A stretch of 64,000 nt of DNA from assembly GCF_009914755.1 (NCBI RefSeq), contig NC_060942.1, one strand, 5' to 3'. This stretch comes from the human T2T-CHM13v2.0 reference genome, Homo sapiens. The notes beneath the pieces are model-generated. The model worked only from the letters and a program-made list of their open reading frames with translations, did not search any database and had not been told where the DNA came from. This document shows, piece after piece, positions 28,621 to 41,160 of this stretch. Within the stretch, counting starts at the first letter, position 1. Each line of letters opens with the position of its first letter. The position numbers were made by a program, and so were the translations under genes.

Positions 28621-29009
28621 CCATTCTTGAATGACAGTTTTGCTAGACGTAGTAGTCTTGGTTAATGGTTTTTTTCTTTCAGCACTTTGAATGTATCATT
28701 CCACTTCCTTCTAGCTTGCAAGGTTTCTGCTGAGAAATCTACTAATGGATGTATGGAGGTTTTCTCATATAAATCATTTGTCTCTTGTTGCTTTCAAAAT
28801 CTCTTTGCTTTTGACTTTTGACAATTTGATTACATATCTTGGTATGGGTTTATTTTGGTGCACTGTAATTGGAGCCACTGGGCTTCTTAATTCTGGATGT
28901 CTATTTCCTTCCCCAAATTTGAAGAGCTTTTGGCCATTTTTTTTAAAATAAGCCTTCTTTCCTTTCCTTTTTTCTCTCTGTTCTTCTTCTGGGACTCCAT
29001 TTTGTGTAA

Positions 29010-29786
<777 letters not shown>

Positions 29787-31881
29787 TAGTGAATTTTTTA
29801 GTTCAGTTATTATAGTCTTCAGCTCCCAAATTTCTATTTGATTCTTTCCAATATATTCTATATATTTGGTGATATTCTTGTTTTGTTTATGCATTATCTT
29901 CTTGAACTCACAGAGCATCTTTATGGCAGTTACTTTGAATTATTTGTCAGATAACTCATATGCCTCCAGTTCAGTTCTTAGGATCGGTTTCTGAATATGT
30001 GTTTTGGTCCTTTACCTGAGCTATGTTTCCCTGTTCCTTCGTGTGTCTCATAACTTTGTGTTGGGATTCACACATCTGAAAAAAGAGCCACCTCTCTCAG
30101 TCTTATTGGATTGGCTTTATGCAAGGGAAGACACTCACCAATCAGCCTGACTAGAGCTTCTGTGATCTCTGAAACCTTTTTTAAGGGGATGATGCATTTT
30201 CTTTAAGTCTGTGTGTAATTTCATTAGAAAGGCGTATTCCTTTCTTTTTCATAATTTCTTTCTCTCTCTGGCATCTGTCTGTGGCACTGCAAGTTCTTTG
30301 AGTCTACAGCACCAATCTGGGTCACTCTCCTTGTTCCTAGTGCCCACCAGGTATTCAGATTATGCAGATTCTCAGTCAGTACCCTGAAATGTAGACAGAT
30401 ACCTGACAAGAGAGATGAATAACAATCCCTAGAATAGCTCTACAAAAAGCCAGAATGCTGGACCCATGCTTCATTTCTCTCCCCCTTTCCCAAGGGGATA
30501 GCCTCAAGTTGAGAACTTTCTTCTGATCACAGTAAGCCATGATGGCTACAGCAATCTACCACTCCCTCCCCCACCACACACGCTTCTTTTTTCTCAGCAG
30601 TCACCAGGCATTGAAATTATGTTTGTTCAACCAGTGCTCTCAATGAGACAAGACAGAAACCAGCCCACTGGGCAGCCCTCTGAAAAGCCAAAATGTTAGA
30701 TGCACACTCTACCCTTCTCTTTCACTCAAAGGAGGAGTTGTGAGCTAGGGCATGCTCTTCTGGTACTGAGCTGTGCTAACTTGGGGAAAGTTGTTAGGGT
30801 AGACTGAAATTGCCCTTCTTACTCATTTTAGTGATATTGTTCTTAGCTTTGTGCTCACCTAGAGTGCTGAAACTTATTAACTGGATTCTGGAATTCTCAT
30901 AAAGGTATTTTATCCCTATATTGTTGTTAAATCAGGGTAACTGTGGGGAAACAAGGGCTGGGATGTTTTATTATGCCATTTTGCTGACTTCACTCCTGTG
31001 CTTGTTTTTAAGTAGGGTTCTTTTATTGTAATTATTTAAAAATAAATTGTCTATTATATAGCTATCAAGTAAGTGTTAGAGGTTGAATCGATTCTAAATG
31101 GAGCAAAAATGATAGAATGAACCCTCAAAATCCATGTTTTCTTTCCTGACCTTCTCCAGATTCACATTTACAATTGGTCTCCTAGATATTCTGTGACTCA
31201 TGACTATCACTGGTTTACTAAAATAGTTTGACTAGCTACGATGCAAACAAAAATCAACTTTAGTCTGTCATTGCACCATGCTTACAAACTAACTCAACCA
31301 ACCCCCATCTCTCTAACCTTTGTTGAAATCTTAGGCAAGTCATATAGCTCTTCTGATCACTCTCAGTTATTATCGATGAGTATCAATTATTACAAAATAA
31401 AACATCCAGTCCAGTCTAATATCAAAATTCCAAACTCCAATCCAATTTATAATGTCACCCTTCCTCCAGCTCATGTTTGATACAAGCAGGGAACCTGAAT
31501 TGGGAGAGGGGACATAGGTGATTTCACTCTGCCCTCATTTGCCTACCTTGCTTTTCCACTGACTCCTCCTTTAATTACATTATCTCTGACACCCATGAAA
31601 CTGAAGCAGTGGGTGGGAGAGAGGTAAGGGGAAGAAACAATCTTACCTTTGAAATCTGGTACTGGTGGGGTGATTTTGGATTTTTTGGAACCCAAAGAAT
31701 TGGAATTCCAAACTTTCCACCATCACTGGGATCTCCCACTTCAGTTCTCTTTACAAGGGCAATAATTCTTTTAGAGGGATGCTTATGATTCCCCCTCTGC
31801 CTCTGGCTTCCAGTGGTTGCACACACATACCACACTCCTGTTGGGAGTCATTCTGTCCCTTCAGGAAGTCCTCTTAACTTA

Positions 31882-32300
<419 letters not shown>

Positions 32301-32599
32301 TAGCAGCCTTATTTCTTTGCTTTGCCACCAGCAGACTGCTCCAGCTAGACATTACCTCTTTGGCATTCCAGATCCTACATCTCTCAAATTCCAGTGTGGC
32401 TTACTTACTATCACATCACACCAGTGTGGCACACTTAGTATCACATGTTCTCCAAATGATCCTCCTGAATTTTTCCTCACTGGACTTGATGTGAAGACAG
32501 GGCACCTTTCCTCTCCTTCCTCATAGAGGGTACACAATGCACTGTTCACTCTCTCCAAAACAAGCCTCACCACCAGACCTTCAAACTCTGGATGAATTC

Positions 32600-35182
32600 A
32601 GAGCCTTTGACAACATTTCAATACAAACTTCATGATAAAAACTTTCAGAAAACTAGGAAAGAAAAGAACTTACTCAAACTGATAAACAGCATCTACACAC
32701 ACAAAGAAAATCCTAGAGCTAGCATCGTAATTAATGGACAACAGTTAGTTGCTTTTCCTTTAGATTAAGAGCAAAGAAAAGAAGTCTTAGCCAATGTAAT
32801 AAAGCAAGTAAAGGAAATAAAAGTCATATAGATAAGAAAGAAAGAATTAAAACTGTTGTTATTTGCAGACAACATAGAAAATCTCAAGGAATTTACCCAA
32901 AAAAAACCTCATGAAATGAATAAGTAAGTCGTAGGTTTAGCAAGGTTGCAGAAAACAAGGCTAATACACAAGAAGCCAATCACACTTCTATGAATATATG
33001 TTAACAATGAACAATTGGAAACTGACATTTAAAACACAATGCTGTTTACAATCAGTCTAAGAAAATAAAACTCTCAGGTATAAAACTAACAAAGCATGCA
33101 CAGCATCTGTTTGTAGAAATCTACAAAACACTAATTAAAAAAATTGAAGACTTAAATAAATGGATAGATATGGTGTGTTCAGGGTTGATAGACTCAATAA
33201 ATTTACCTACAATGTGATGTAATTCCCTTCAAAATTCTAAGACATTTTTAGACATAAACAAGCTGGTTCAAAACATATATGAAAAGCCAGAGACTAGAAT
33301 AGCAAAAATAATTTTGAAAAAGTAGCATAAAGTTGGAGGAATCACATTACCTGATTTAAGTTGTACTGCATAGCTACAATAATCAAAACAATGTGGTACT
33401 GGCAGAGGGACAGAAACACAGATCTATGGAACAGAATAAAGAATCCAGATGTAGATCCAAACGAGTGTAGCCAACTCATTTTTGGCAAAGATGCAAAAGC
33501 AACTTAATGGAGGAAGTGTAGTCTTTTCAACAATTAGTTTTGGAATATTTGGGTAATCATAGGCAGAAAAGGAAAGAAACCCTCAACCCAAGCCTCATAC
33601 CTCATATAAAAATGTATTCAAAGTGCTTTATATATCTAAACGTAAAGCAAATAAGTGTAAAACTTTTAGAAGAAAACAAAAAACATTCATGACCTAGGAT
33701 TAGTTAAATAGTTCTTAGATATGACACCAAAGACAGAATTTATAACAGCAAAATTAATAAACTGGATTTCATCAAAATTAATAATTTGCTTTGTGAAATA
33801 CCCAAAGAGGATAGAAAAACAAGCCAAAAAATAGGAAAAAACTATTTGGAAATCATATATCTGACAAAAAGGCTCATATCCAGAATATACAAAGAATGCT
33901 ATAAACTCACCTGCAAGAAAACAAACAGTCCTTGTAACACAAAGGATAAATGCTGAGGGGATGGATACTCCATTCTCCATGATGTGGTTATTGTGCACCA
34001 CATGCTTGCATCAAAACATCTCATGTATCCCATAAATATATATACCTACCATGTACCCACAAAAATCAAAAATGAGAAAATTCTAAAAAGAAAACAAATA
34101 GTTCAATTATAAAATGGGGAAAGTACTTAAATGGACACTTTGCCAAAGAAGATATACAGATGGTAAATAAACACATGAAAACATTTCAACATCATTAGCC
34201 ATTAAGAAATTTCAAATTAAAACCACAATGAGATATCACCATATACTTGTCAGAACAGCTAAAATAAAAAATACTGTCAGTATTAAATGCTGGCCATGAT
34301 GTAGAGAAACTGTACCCCTCATATGCTGTTGATGAGAATGTAATATGGTATGGCCACTCTGGAGACAGTTTGGCACTTTCTTATCAGGTTGTGTGCATTG
34401 ACTATATGGCCCAGAAAAATTAAAACTTGGGTTCACACAGAAACCTGTACACGAATGTTCACAGCAGCTTTATCTGTAATAGAGAAAACGTGGAAACGAG
34501 GCAATTGTCCTTTAATGGGTGAATGAATGAGCAAACCATGGTGCACCCACACAATGAAGCACTACTCCACAATAAAAAGGAACTGACTATTAATATATGC
34601 AGCAACATAGATGAACCTCAAGGCAGTTTATATTAAAAAAGCCAATCTCAAAGGGTTATATACTCGTATAATACCATTTACATAACAACCTCAAAGAGAC
34701 AAAGTTACAGTGATGGAGAAGAGACTGGTGGTTGCCAAGGTTGGATTTGGAAGAAGAATATGATTATTAAGAGGCAACATAAAGGAGTTTCTTTGTGTTG
34801 GTGGAACAATTCTATATCCTGATGGAGGTGATGGTTACTTGAATCTACACACGTAATAAAATTTCACAGAAGCATATATCAAAAAAAGCTTAAGTAAAAA
34901 CTTGTGAAATCTGAATAACTCAGGTGTAGATGTCTGAACCTAGATGTGGAGTATATTATGTGCTATGTGACTGTGGCTTCTACTGAACTACAAACTCAAG
35001 GGCAGGATCCCCTGGTGTAGACCTGGGTTAATAATATTGGACCAATGACAGTTTCCTGGTTTCAACAGTGTACTATGGTTATGTGAGACATTATCACAGG
35101 GGAATCTGGGTAAAGTGCATACAGGAAGTTCCTATATTATTTTTGCAACTTCTTGTGGTTCTTATACTCTTTCAAAAAAAAG
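32600..35182 (+). mobile_element. Old L1 (L1MC/L1MD-type) ORF2 remnant plus 3'UTR
   Basis: RT-region motif ttatttgcagacaacat; agctacaataatcaaaacaatgtggtactggc; 3' end tatttttgcaacttcttgtg. Confidence 0.8.
33931..34087 (+). mobile_element. Short L1MA1-3-like 3' end nested in the older L1
   Basis: ttgtaacacaaaggataaatgct...catctcatgtatcccataaatatatatacctac. TSD aagaaaacaaa(c/t)agt. Confidence 0.8.
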
Positions 35183-35759
35183 ATTATTATATCTATACAC
35201 TCACAGTCACACAAATATGATGGTGTCACTTTCTTGTTGTAATGTACTCCACTTTGCCAATAGAATGTAGTCCACATTACTTGGCATGATATTCAAATTC
35301 CGAAGTGTTTTCCAAACCTACACTCCCTGACCCACCCTCTTCAATTTCCCTTCCACTCCCCTGCATATCGAATGCTGCTCTTTCCCAGATACCCTGTTTT
35401 TCACTCAGCCATGTCTTTGCACAGATTATTCCTTTCCTTCTACTTTTTATGACAAACCTTGTCTATCCTTCACCTGTACAGGGAAGAGTCCTCCTCCTCC
35501 TCCTCGTCTAGTCACTTTCCTGCCTTTGCTCATACAAAGGGAAAATACCCAGCACACTCCTGCAGACACTTTTCAAATGGCCCTGCACCTTCTCTTCACT
35601 CCTGACCTATGCCCTCTCAAAGACAGAGAAGGCAGCAGCAGGTGGTCTGAATAGGAGGAGCCAAATGTGCACAGGATCTCTTCTGTTAGTGGGTGGGATT
35701 TTTGTGTGCAAAATGAGCCATCTCTTCTTTTTTTCCCCTCCCTTCCCTTTTCACACATT

Positions 35760-36030
35760 AAAAAACAAACAAAACACAGGATAGCACTCTCCCAGGCTGG
35801 AATGCATTGGCACGATCTTAAACTTCCCAAGCTCAAGTGATGCTCCTGGCTCAGTCTCCTGAGTAGCTGGGGCTACAGGCATGTGCCACCATATCTGGCT
35901 AATTTTTTTTTTTAGATACGGGGTTTTGCCATGTTGGTCAATCTGGTCTCAATCTCCTGGCCTCAAGCAATCCTCCCATCTCAGCCTCGCAAAGTGCTTG
36001 GATCACAGGCATGAACCACTGCACCAAGCC
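35760..36030 (-). mobile_element. AluJ with anomalous tail
   Basis: Dimer with small deletions. Degenerate TSD ttttcacacatt / ttttcacatgtt. Confidence 0.85.
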
Positions 36031-36129
36031 CATTTTCACATGTTTTGTTATTAAGAGGAACTTTTGCTCCATTTGGCTGAGAATCTCAGTAAGAGATGTG
36101 CAGGTGCTGGCATTTGGTCCTTGAGACAG

Positions 36130-36380
36130 GCCTTGAATCTAAAGCAGAGACTCAACCTAAAAGACTCCTCCTCCATGAAGCCTCCCCAGCTTCTCCCAGG
36201 CAGTCAGTCACCTGCCCTATATATCCTCAGAATACTCGGGTTATAGCACACAGTATAACAACAACGTGCTCTGTGACTGTGGTTTCCACTGAACTATGAA
36301 CTCAAGGGCAGAATCCCCAGGTTTCTTTCATCTTTGTTATTTACTGTAACTGAAAGAGAGTGTGGCATAGAGTTACCTAG
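36130..36380 (+). mobile_element. L2 3' end fragment
   Basis: cctcctccatgaagcctcccc...ccactgaactatgaactcaagggcag. Confidence 0.65.
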
Positions 36381-39300
36381 AAAGAGATCCATCTAGTGAT
36401 TAGAAGAGCAAGCACAGGGCATTATGAAGAGTCCTGGAGCTGAGAATCATTTGCTGTAAAATTATCTCAGATACATTTTTAATATGTAAGAAGGAAGATG
36501 AAAATAACTCCTAAGGGTATTCAAGATGGTGGGTATGTGCTAAAAGAGCAGAACTCAACATGAACCAGACATGAAATAAGGAGAAAAGTTTCTCTTACTT
36601 TTCAGAGGGAGCCAGAGGGAATTGAATGGGACCACTAAACACCAGCGTTTTTGCCTAGAAAGTCCTTCAGTGAGCATGCAGAGTAGGGCCTTTGGCCCTA
36701 TTTTTTAGCAAGCCTCTTTTTCTCTACCACCTGTATTCCTTTGTGTTCAGGATGTTTTTTCTCATTTTATTCTATGGTCTTGTCCAGTCCACTACACATT
36801 CATGCTCATGAAACGGTAAAGCAATAGATATGGCATTGTCAATGGCACTGATTTTGTTTCCACTGTCAACAACAGATGTGACTTCAATAGGGAAGCCAAA
36901 ATGTGCTCATTTACCAACCTACCACTAAGATTTCTTTGGAATCAAGCATTTCACTGTGTTAAACTCTTTTTTTTCTTCTAGGAACAGTCTAGCCAGCTAA
37001 CATAGAATTTATGGCTTTGCAGAATTCCCTGAGAACAGGTGGAGTGAAAAATCGTACCCATGTTGTCAACAAATTCCAAGAATAACGTTCCTGTCTATCC
37101 ATCCATACAAGGAAGTTTACATGCCATAAACATATGGATTAAAACAGTAATTCACCAGTATCATAAGAAGGCATTTTTTAAGTGTGAGAAAGACACAGTA
37201 AATTTTAAAACCTGCTTAAAAAAAAAGTAGGGTATGATCTCCCTGCCCCATAACTTTGCAACTTATTCCTTGCTCATGTGAAATATGCCTGGAACACACA
37301 ATGTAAAATGTACCTTCTTTAAGATCATATTCAGGCCAAAACTGTTAGTCTCAAAAGAAGAAAGTAAAACTTATCAATGTATTCATTTTAGTAGAAAGAA
37401 CATGTTACATATGTATAAATTTCAGTATCTATTCATATTCTTGTGCTTGTTTCATTTTCTCTTAGTGTTTGTCAATGTACATGCTTTTGTACAATAAATT
37501 TTTCAAAAAGAATTTTTTTAAGACGAAAGTTTCTGCCTAACTTTCTGCCTCTTAGCTAGTATATGTGTGTGATGATAAATTATTACTGGACAGACCATCC
37601 TAGCACATGAGATATTAGCTTTTCTGATTGAACCATCTGACATGATATTCACTCCTAAAAATTCTGGTTCTAAGACCCTCGCAGATTTTCATGCTAATAA
37701 TTTTCTGTGTCTGCACACCTGCAAAATTGGACCTAAAATTGTTCTTAAAAACGTAACTCAAAGATTGGCAAACACCTTAAAGATTAATCATGCTTTCTTT
37801 ATATTTTAAAAACAATTTATATTGCTCCTAACTCAGAACCATTGAAATAGTGGGCAGCCAGTCAATATTATTTGTGGTAAATAACTGTATACACAGCCAA
37901 TGAATTGTGCTGCTCTATGCTCTGAAAGGTAAATGTAGCAATTAATTTTGGCCCCACTTCATTAGAGGAGAAATTAAAGAGGAGGAAGAACACTTCTTGA
38001 AGTTATCACCTGAAGAGTCACAGGTAGATTCTGAGATGAGATGTCATTTTCAAAACACACCAAACTCCAGTCTTTCCTGCTCCTATACTGGCTGGGGAGG
38101 TAACAGCTATTTAGTCATATTAAATAAAATAATAATAATGCACTTTATTTACAAGGCACTTATCCTCCATTGGCATGCAAGGTGTCTGCCTGGAAGCACA
38201 GCAGTAAAACAATTAAACTTCATTGAGCTGTCTAATGCCATCCCCATGTGGATGTTGGCGTATTGTAAGACCTTGCTCAGGGTTCTTTGTATAAGACTTG
38301 CATTTTCACTATAACCACTGTTGATTCTTTATGTATCTCTAATTTCTTTCCATAACATCAATAAAAGAGAATATTGAGGGGAGAAAGGTCTCTTCCAAAC
38401 AGGAGGTCTGACTCTCGGCTGTGATTTGCTTGGCAATTGGAGATTTTGTGTACAATCTCTTGCAGCAAAAGGTGAGAAATGCAGAAGCAATGGCTTTTAT
38501 AAAAACACAGAGCAGCAGGAAGCCCTCTCTGCCCAATTACAAGGTGATCCCAGTTCATTTTTACGGTTTGTCTCTTTTTTTGTTTTTTTATCACATATGT
38601 TTCCAAACACAGTCTTGATATCCTGTGGGGCTGCTTTTGTAAAAAGCCATAGCTTCTGATTTAAGGAGCTTCAAAAATAGCTCTCTGCTTCTTCAGTCTG
38701 AAAGAGAGCAGTCAAGTTACAGCATATTTATTCTCTTTGAAAAACAGAAAGATGTCAAAAGCAAAGTTCACGGCAAAATTAGGCTGATTTGTTTTGTGTT
38801 TCTGTGATTCTGGCTGTAGAAGTAAACAGGAAAAAAAACCCACAGTGGTTTGCTTAATAAGCAAAAACTGCTATTAAAATGAATTTTGTGCTCAAAAACT
38901 TATCCTGGCAGGAAGAATCATCAATTATACAAGCTTTGGGAGAGGTGGGTAGAAAGCAAAGCTTAATATCCACTGTCAGCATACAATCCAAGCCTCATGT
39001 TCAGATAAAGGACAACCTCATTAGTTTGATACAAATGATCAGTAGTTCTCAGAGATTCTGTGCTTTGGCTGTGACAGACACGATGCAGCAACCTGGTATG
39101 GAAACTTTCTTAGCAGAAGCAGCTTTGGCTGATAATGACAAAAGGGTGGCCCCAATCTGGAAAACTTTCAGATGCCCAGATGGGATTCTCCTGGAAGTGC
39201 CACCCAGAAAGAGGCTGGTGACACTCTAATCAAGACAGTATCAACAGCACCACCTTTTTCTTGAGCATGCTTTGACACTGCTGTTAAGTGGTGGCAATTC

Positions 39301-39799
39301 TGCTTTCCCAACCTTGCATATTTCTAAGCATGGAGCATGAGTGTGTTTGCGGGGCTTGCATCCCCCTTCCACTCCTGCTTTTCTTGATTTGCATACCCGG
39401 GGCCTAGAGTGAAAGTCGGATTTGGCTCTGATCCCTAAGAAAGCAACCCTATGATTTCTCCTTCCAGTGCTTGCAACTGACACAAAGGTTTTGGGTTTTT
39501 GAAGTGATAGTGAACTAAACTGTTGTATACTGAGGTTTCGTTGTTGTTTCTCTGTTGTTTGCAGCCATTCATAATGAGAGAGAATGGAAAGAAAGCATAC
39601 TAAATTTTCTCAGTTAGCTCTCTGTGACATTATTAGCCATGTGAACCAAGCAGCCTTTTTGAGCCTCTATTTCTATTTTTTATATGAACATTAAATTAAC
39701 ATTTCTGGAAAGGAAAGTTTTGCACCCTGCATCAATGCAATGGTTTTCCAGAAGCAGAAATACTACTTAGAATTGCTGGTTATATCTTTGTGTTTCTCA

Positions 39800-40075
39800 A
39801 GTGCACCAACCTTCCACATACCACAAGGCAATTGCACATGCTATTGCTGCTGCTCAGAACATCTACCCTCAGCTGTGTCCAGTTAACTTCTGCTCTTCCA
39901 GTAGATCCCAACCCAGTAATCACTTCTTCAAGGAAGCCTTCCCTGGTGGTCCTATATTATATGTGACTAGGAGCACACGCTTCCCCTTGCTAGCCCTTAT
40001 CACAGGTGTAATTTTTCAGTATTTAAGTAATCCTTTGATTACTGTCTTCAATAATACACAGAGGCTAGAATGTGA
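39800..40075 (+). mobile_element. L2 fragment
   Basis: ttgcacatgctattgctgctgctcagaac...cacttcttcaaggaagccttccctg. Confidence 0.65.
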
Positions 40076-40278
40076 TAAATGCCCGTGTGCTGCAGACATG
40101 GCTAATTTTCAATCATTTGTGTAGAGTTTCACAATTAAATTGATCAATTGTCTAGAGGTACATAACTTAATAAATCCACAGATAATTTAAAGACCACTTT
40201 TTAACCAAGATGTCTGGTCCCTTCCTGATGTTATCTCTCATCGGGGTAGAAGTTAAAGAAAGAACCAAATTAACTCAC

Positions 40279-40378
40279 CTGTGTTTCCTCTCTTTGCTTC
40301 TGATTCATTGTGTCAGTTCTCCTCATGAACACTGAAATTGTTACCACCAACACCAAGTAGAAAGACAGGATCCTCAGA
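40279..40378 (-). other. Candidate 100-nt internal exon (lncRNA or unknown gene)
   Basis: Minus-strand acceptor ctttctatttcccag| and consensus donor CAG|GTGAGT, in unique sequence. No partner exons were established. Confidence 0.4.
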
Positions 40379-41077
40379 CTGGGAAATAGAAAGCGAATAC
40401 CAACAGTTAGATCAAAAGCCAACAGTGCGGTGTGATCAAAGATAACTCCTAAGATTTTAGACAATGGCTTTTGATAGCATGGAATAGAAGGAAACAACTC
40501 TTTTTTCTATGTCTACCTCCACTTTTTGGATAAGTGCATGGATAATCTAGAGTACCTTTGTTTATTTTTTAACAGATAGGTAGATAACAGATAGCCAAGA
40601 AGGCAGAAAATAGATTGAAAGATAGGTTGTCCTACGTTGTTATATACTTTATGCAATTTTGTCCAAGAGTATAACCGATACTATGTGAACTTTCAAATAT
40701 TATGGACATGACCTCTTGTAGCTCCCACTTTTTCTCTTTCAGCTTCACTTATCCATTTCATTTTACCGTAGAATCCACCTTGAGACGCATCTATGATTGA
40801 CATTCCCATCGTCTATTCACGTGGGGCCAACAAATTGCTTTCCTGAGTGTGATTCTTGGTCCTACTGTTTTGAAGTTGGAAACTGATGAGAAACATTAGC
40901 CTGCCAAGGAGATGGGCAGTATTCCATAGACCACTCCATTGGTCTGTGTGGAACTCGTTCTGCTTCTTGAGGAGCTAAGACTTGTTCTGAGATTGGAGCT
41001 ACAAACCGCAAAGTACTGCAGAGGCTGACCAGAGCTTCAGCATACAAAAGGTTTTCCATGAGAAGCAAACCCATTCC

Positions 41078-41160
41078 ATTTGTGGCTTTTGCTAGTTTTG
41101 CACTATCAAGAAATGTATTTTAAAAAAATCTTTTCTGCAAAGCTAGCAAAAGCCACAAAT
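41078..41160. repeat. 25-bp inverted repeat with 33-nt spacer
   Basis: atttgtggcttttgctagttttgca / tgcaaagctagcaaaagccacaaat; 24 of 25 positions pair Watson-Crick. Confidence 0.95.
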
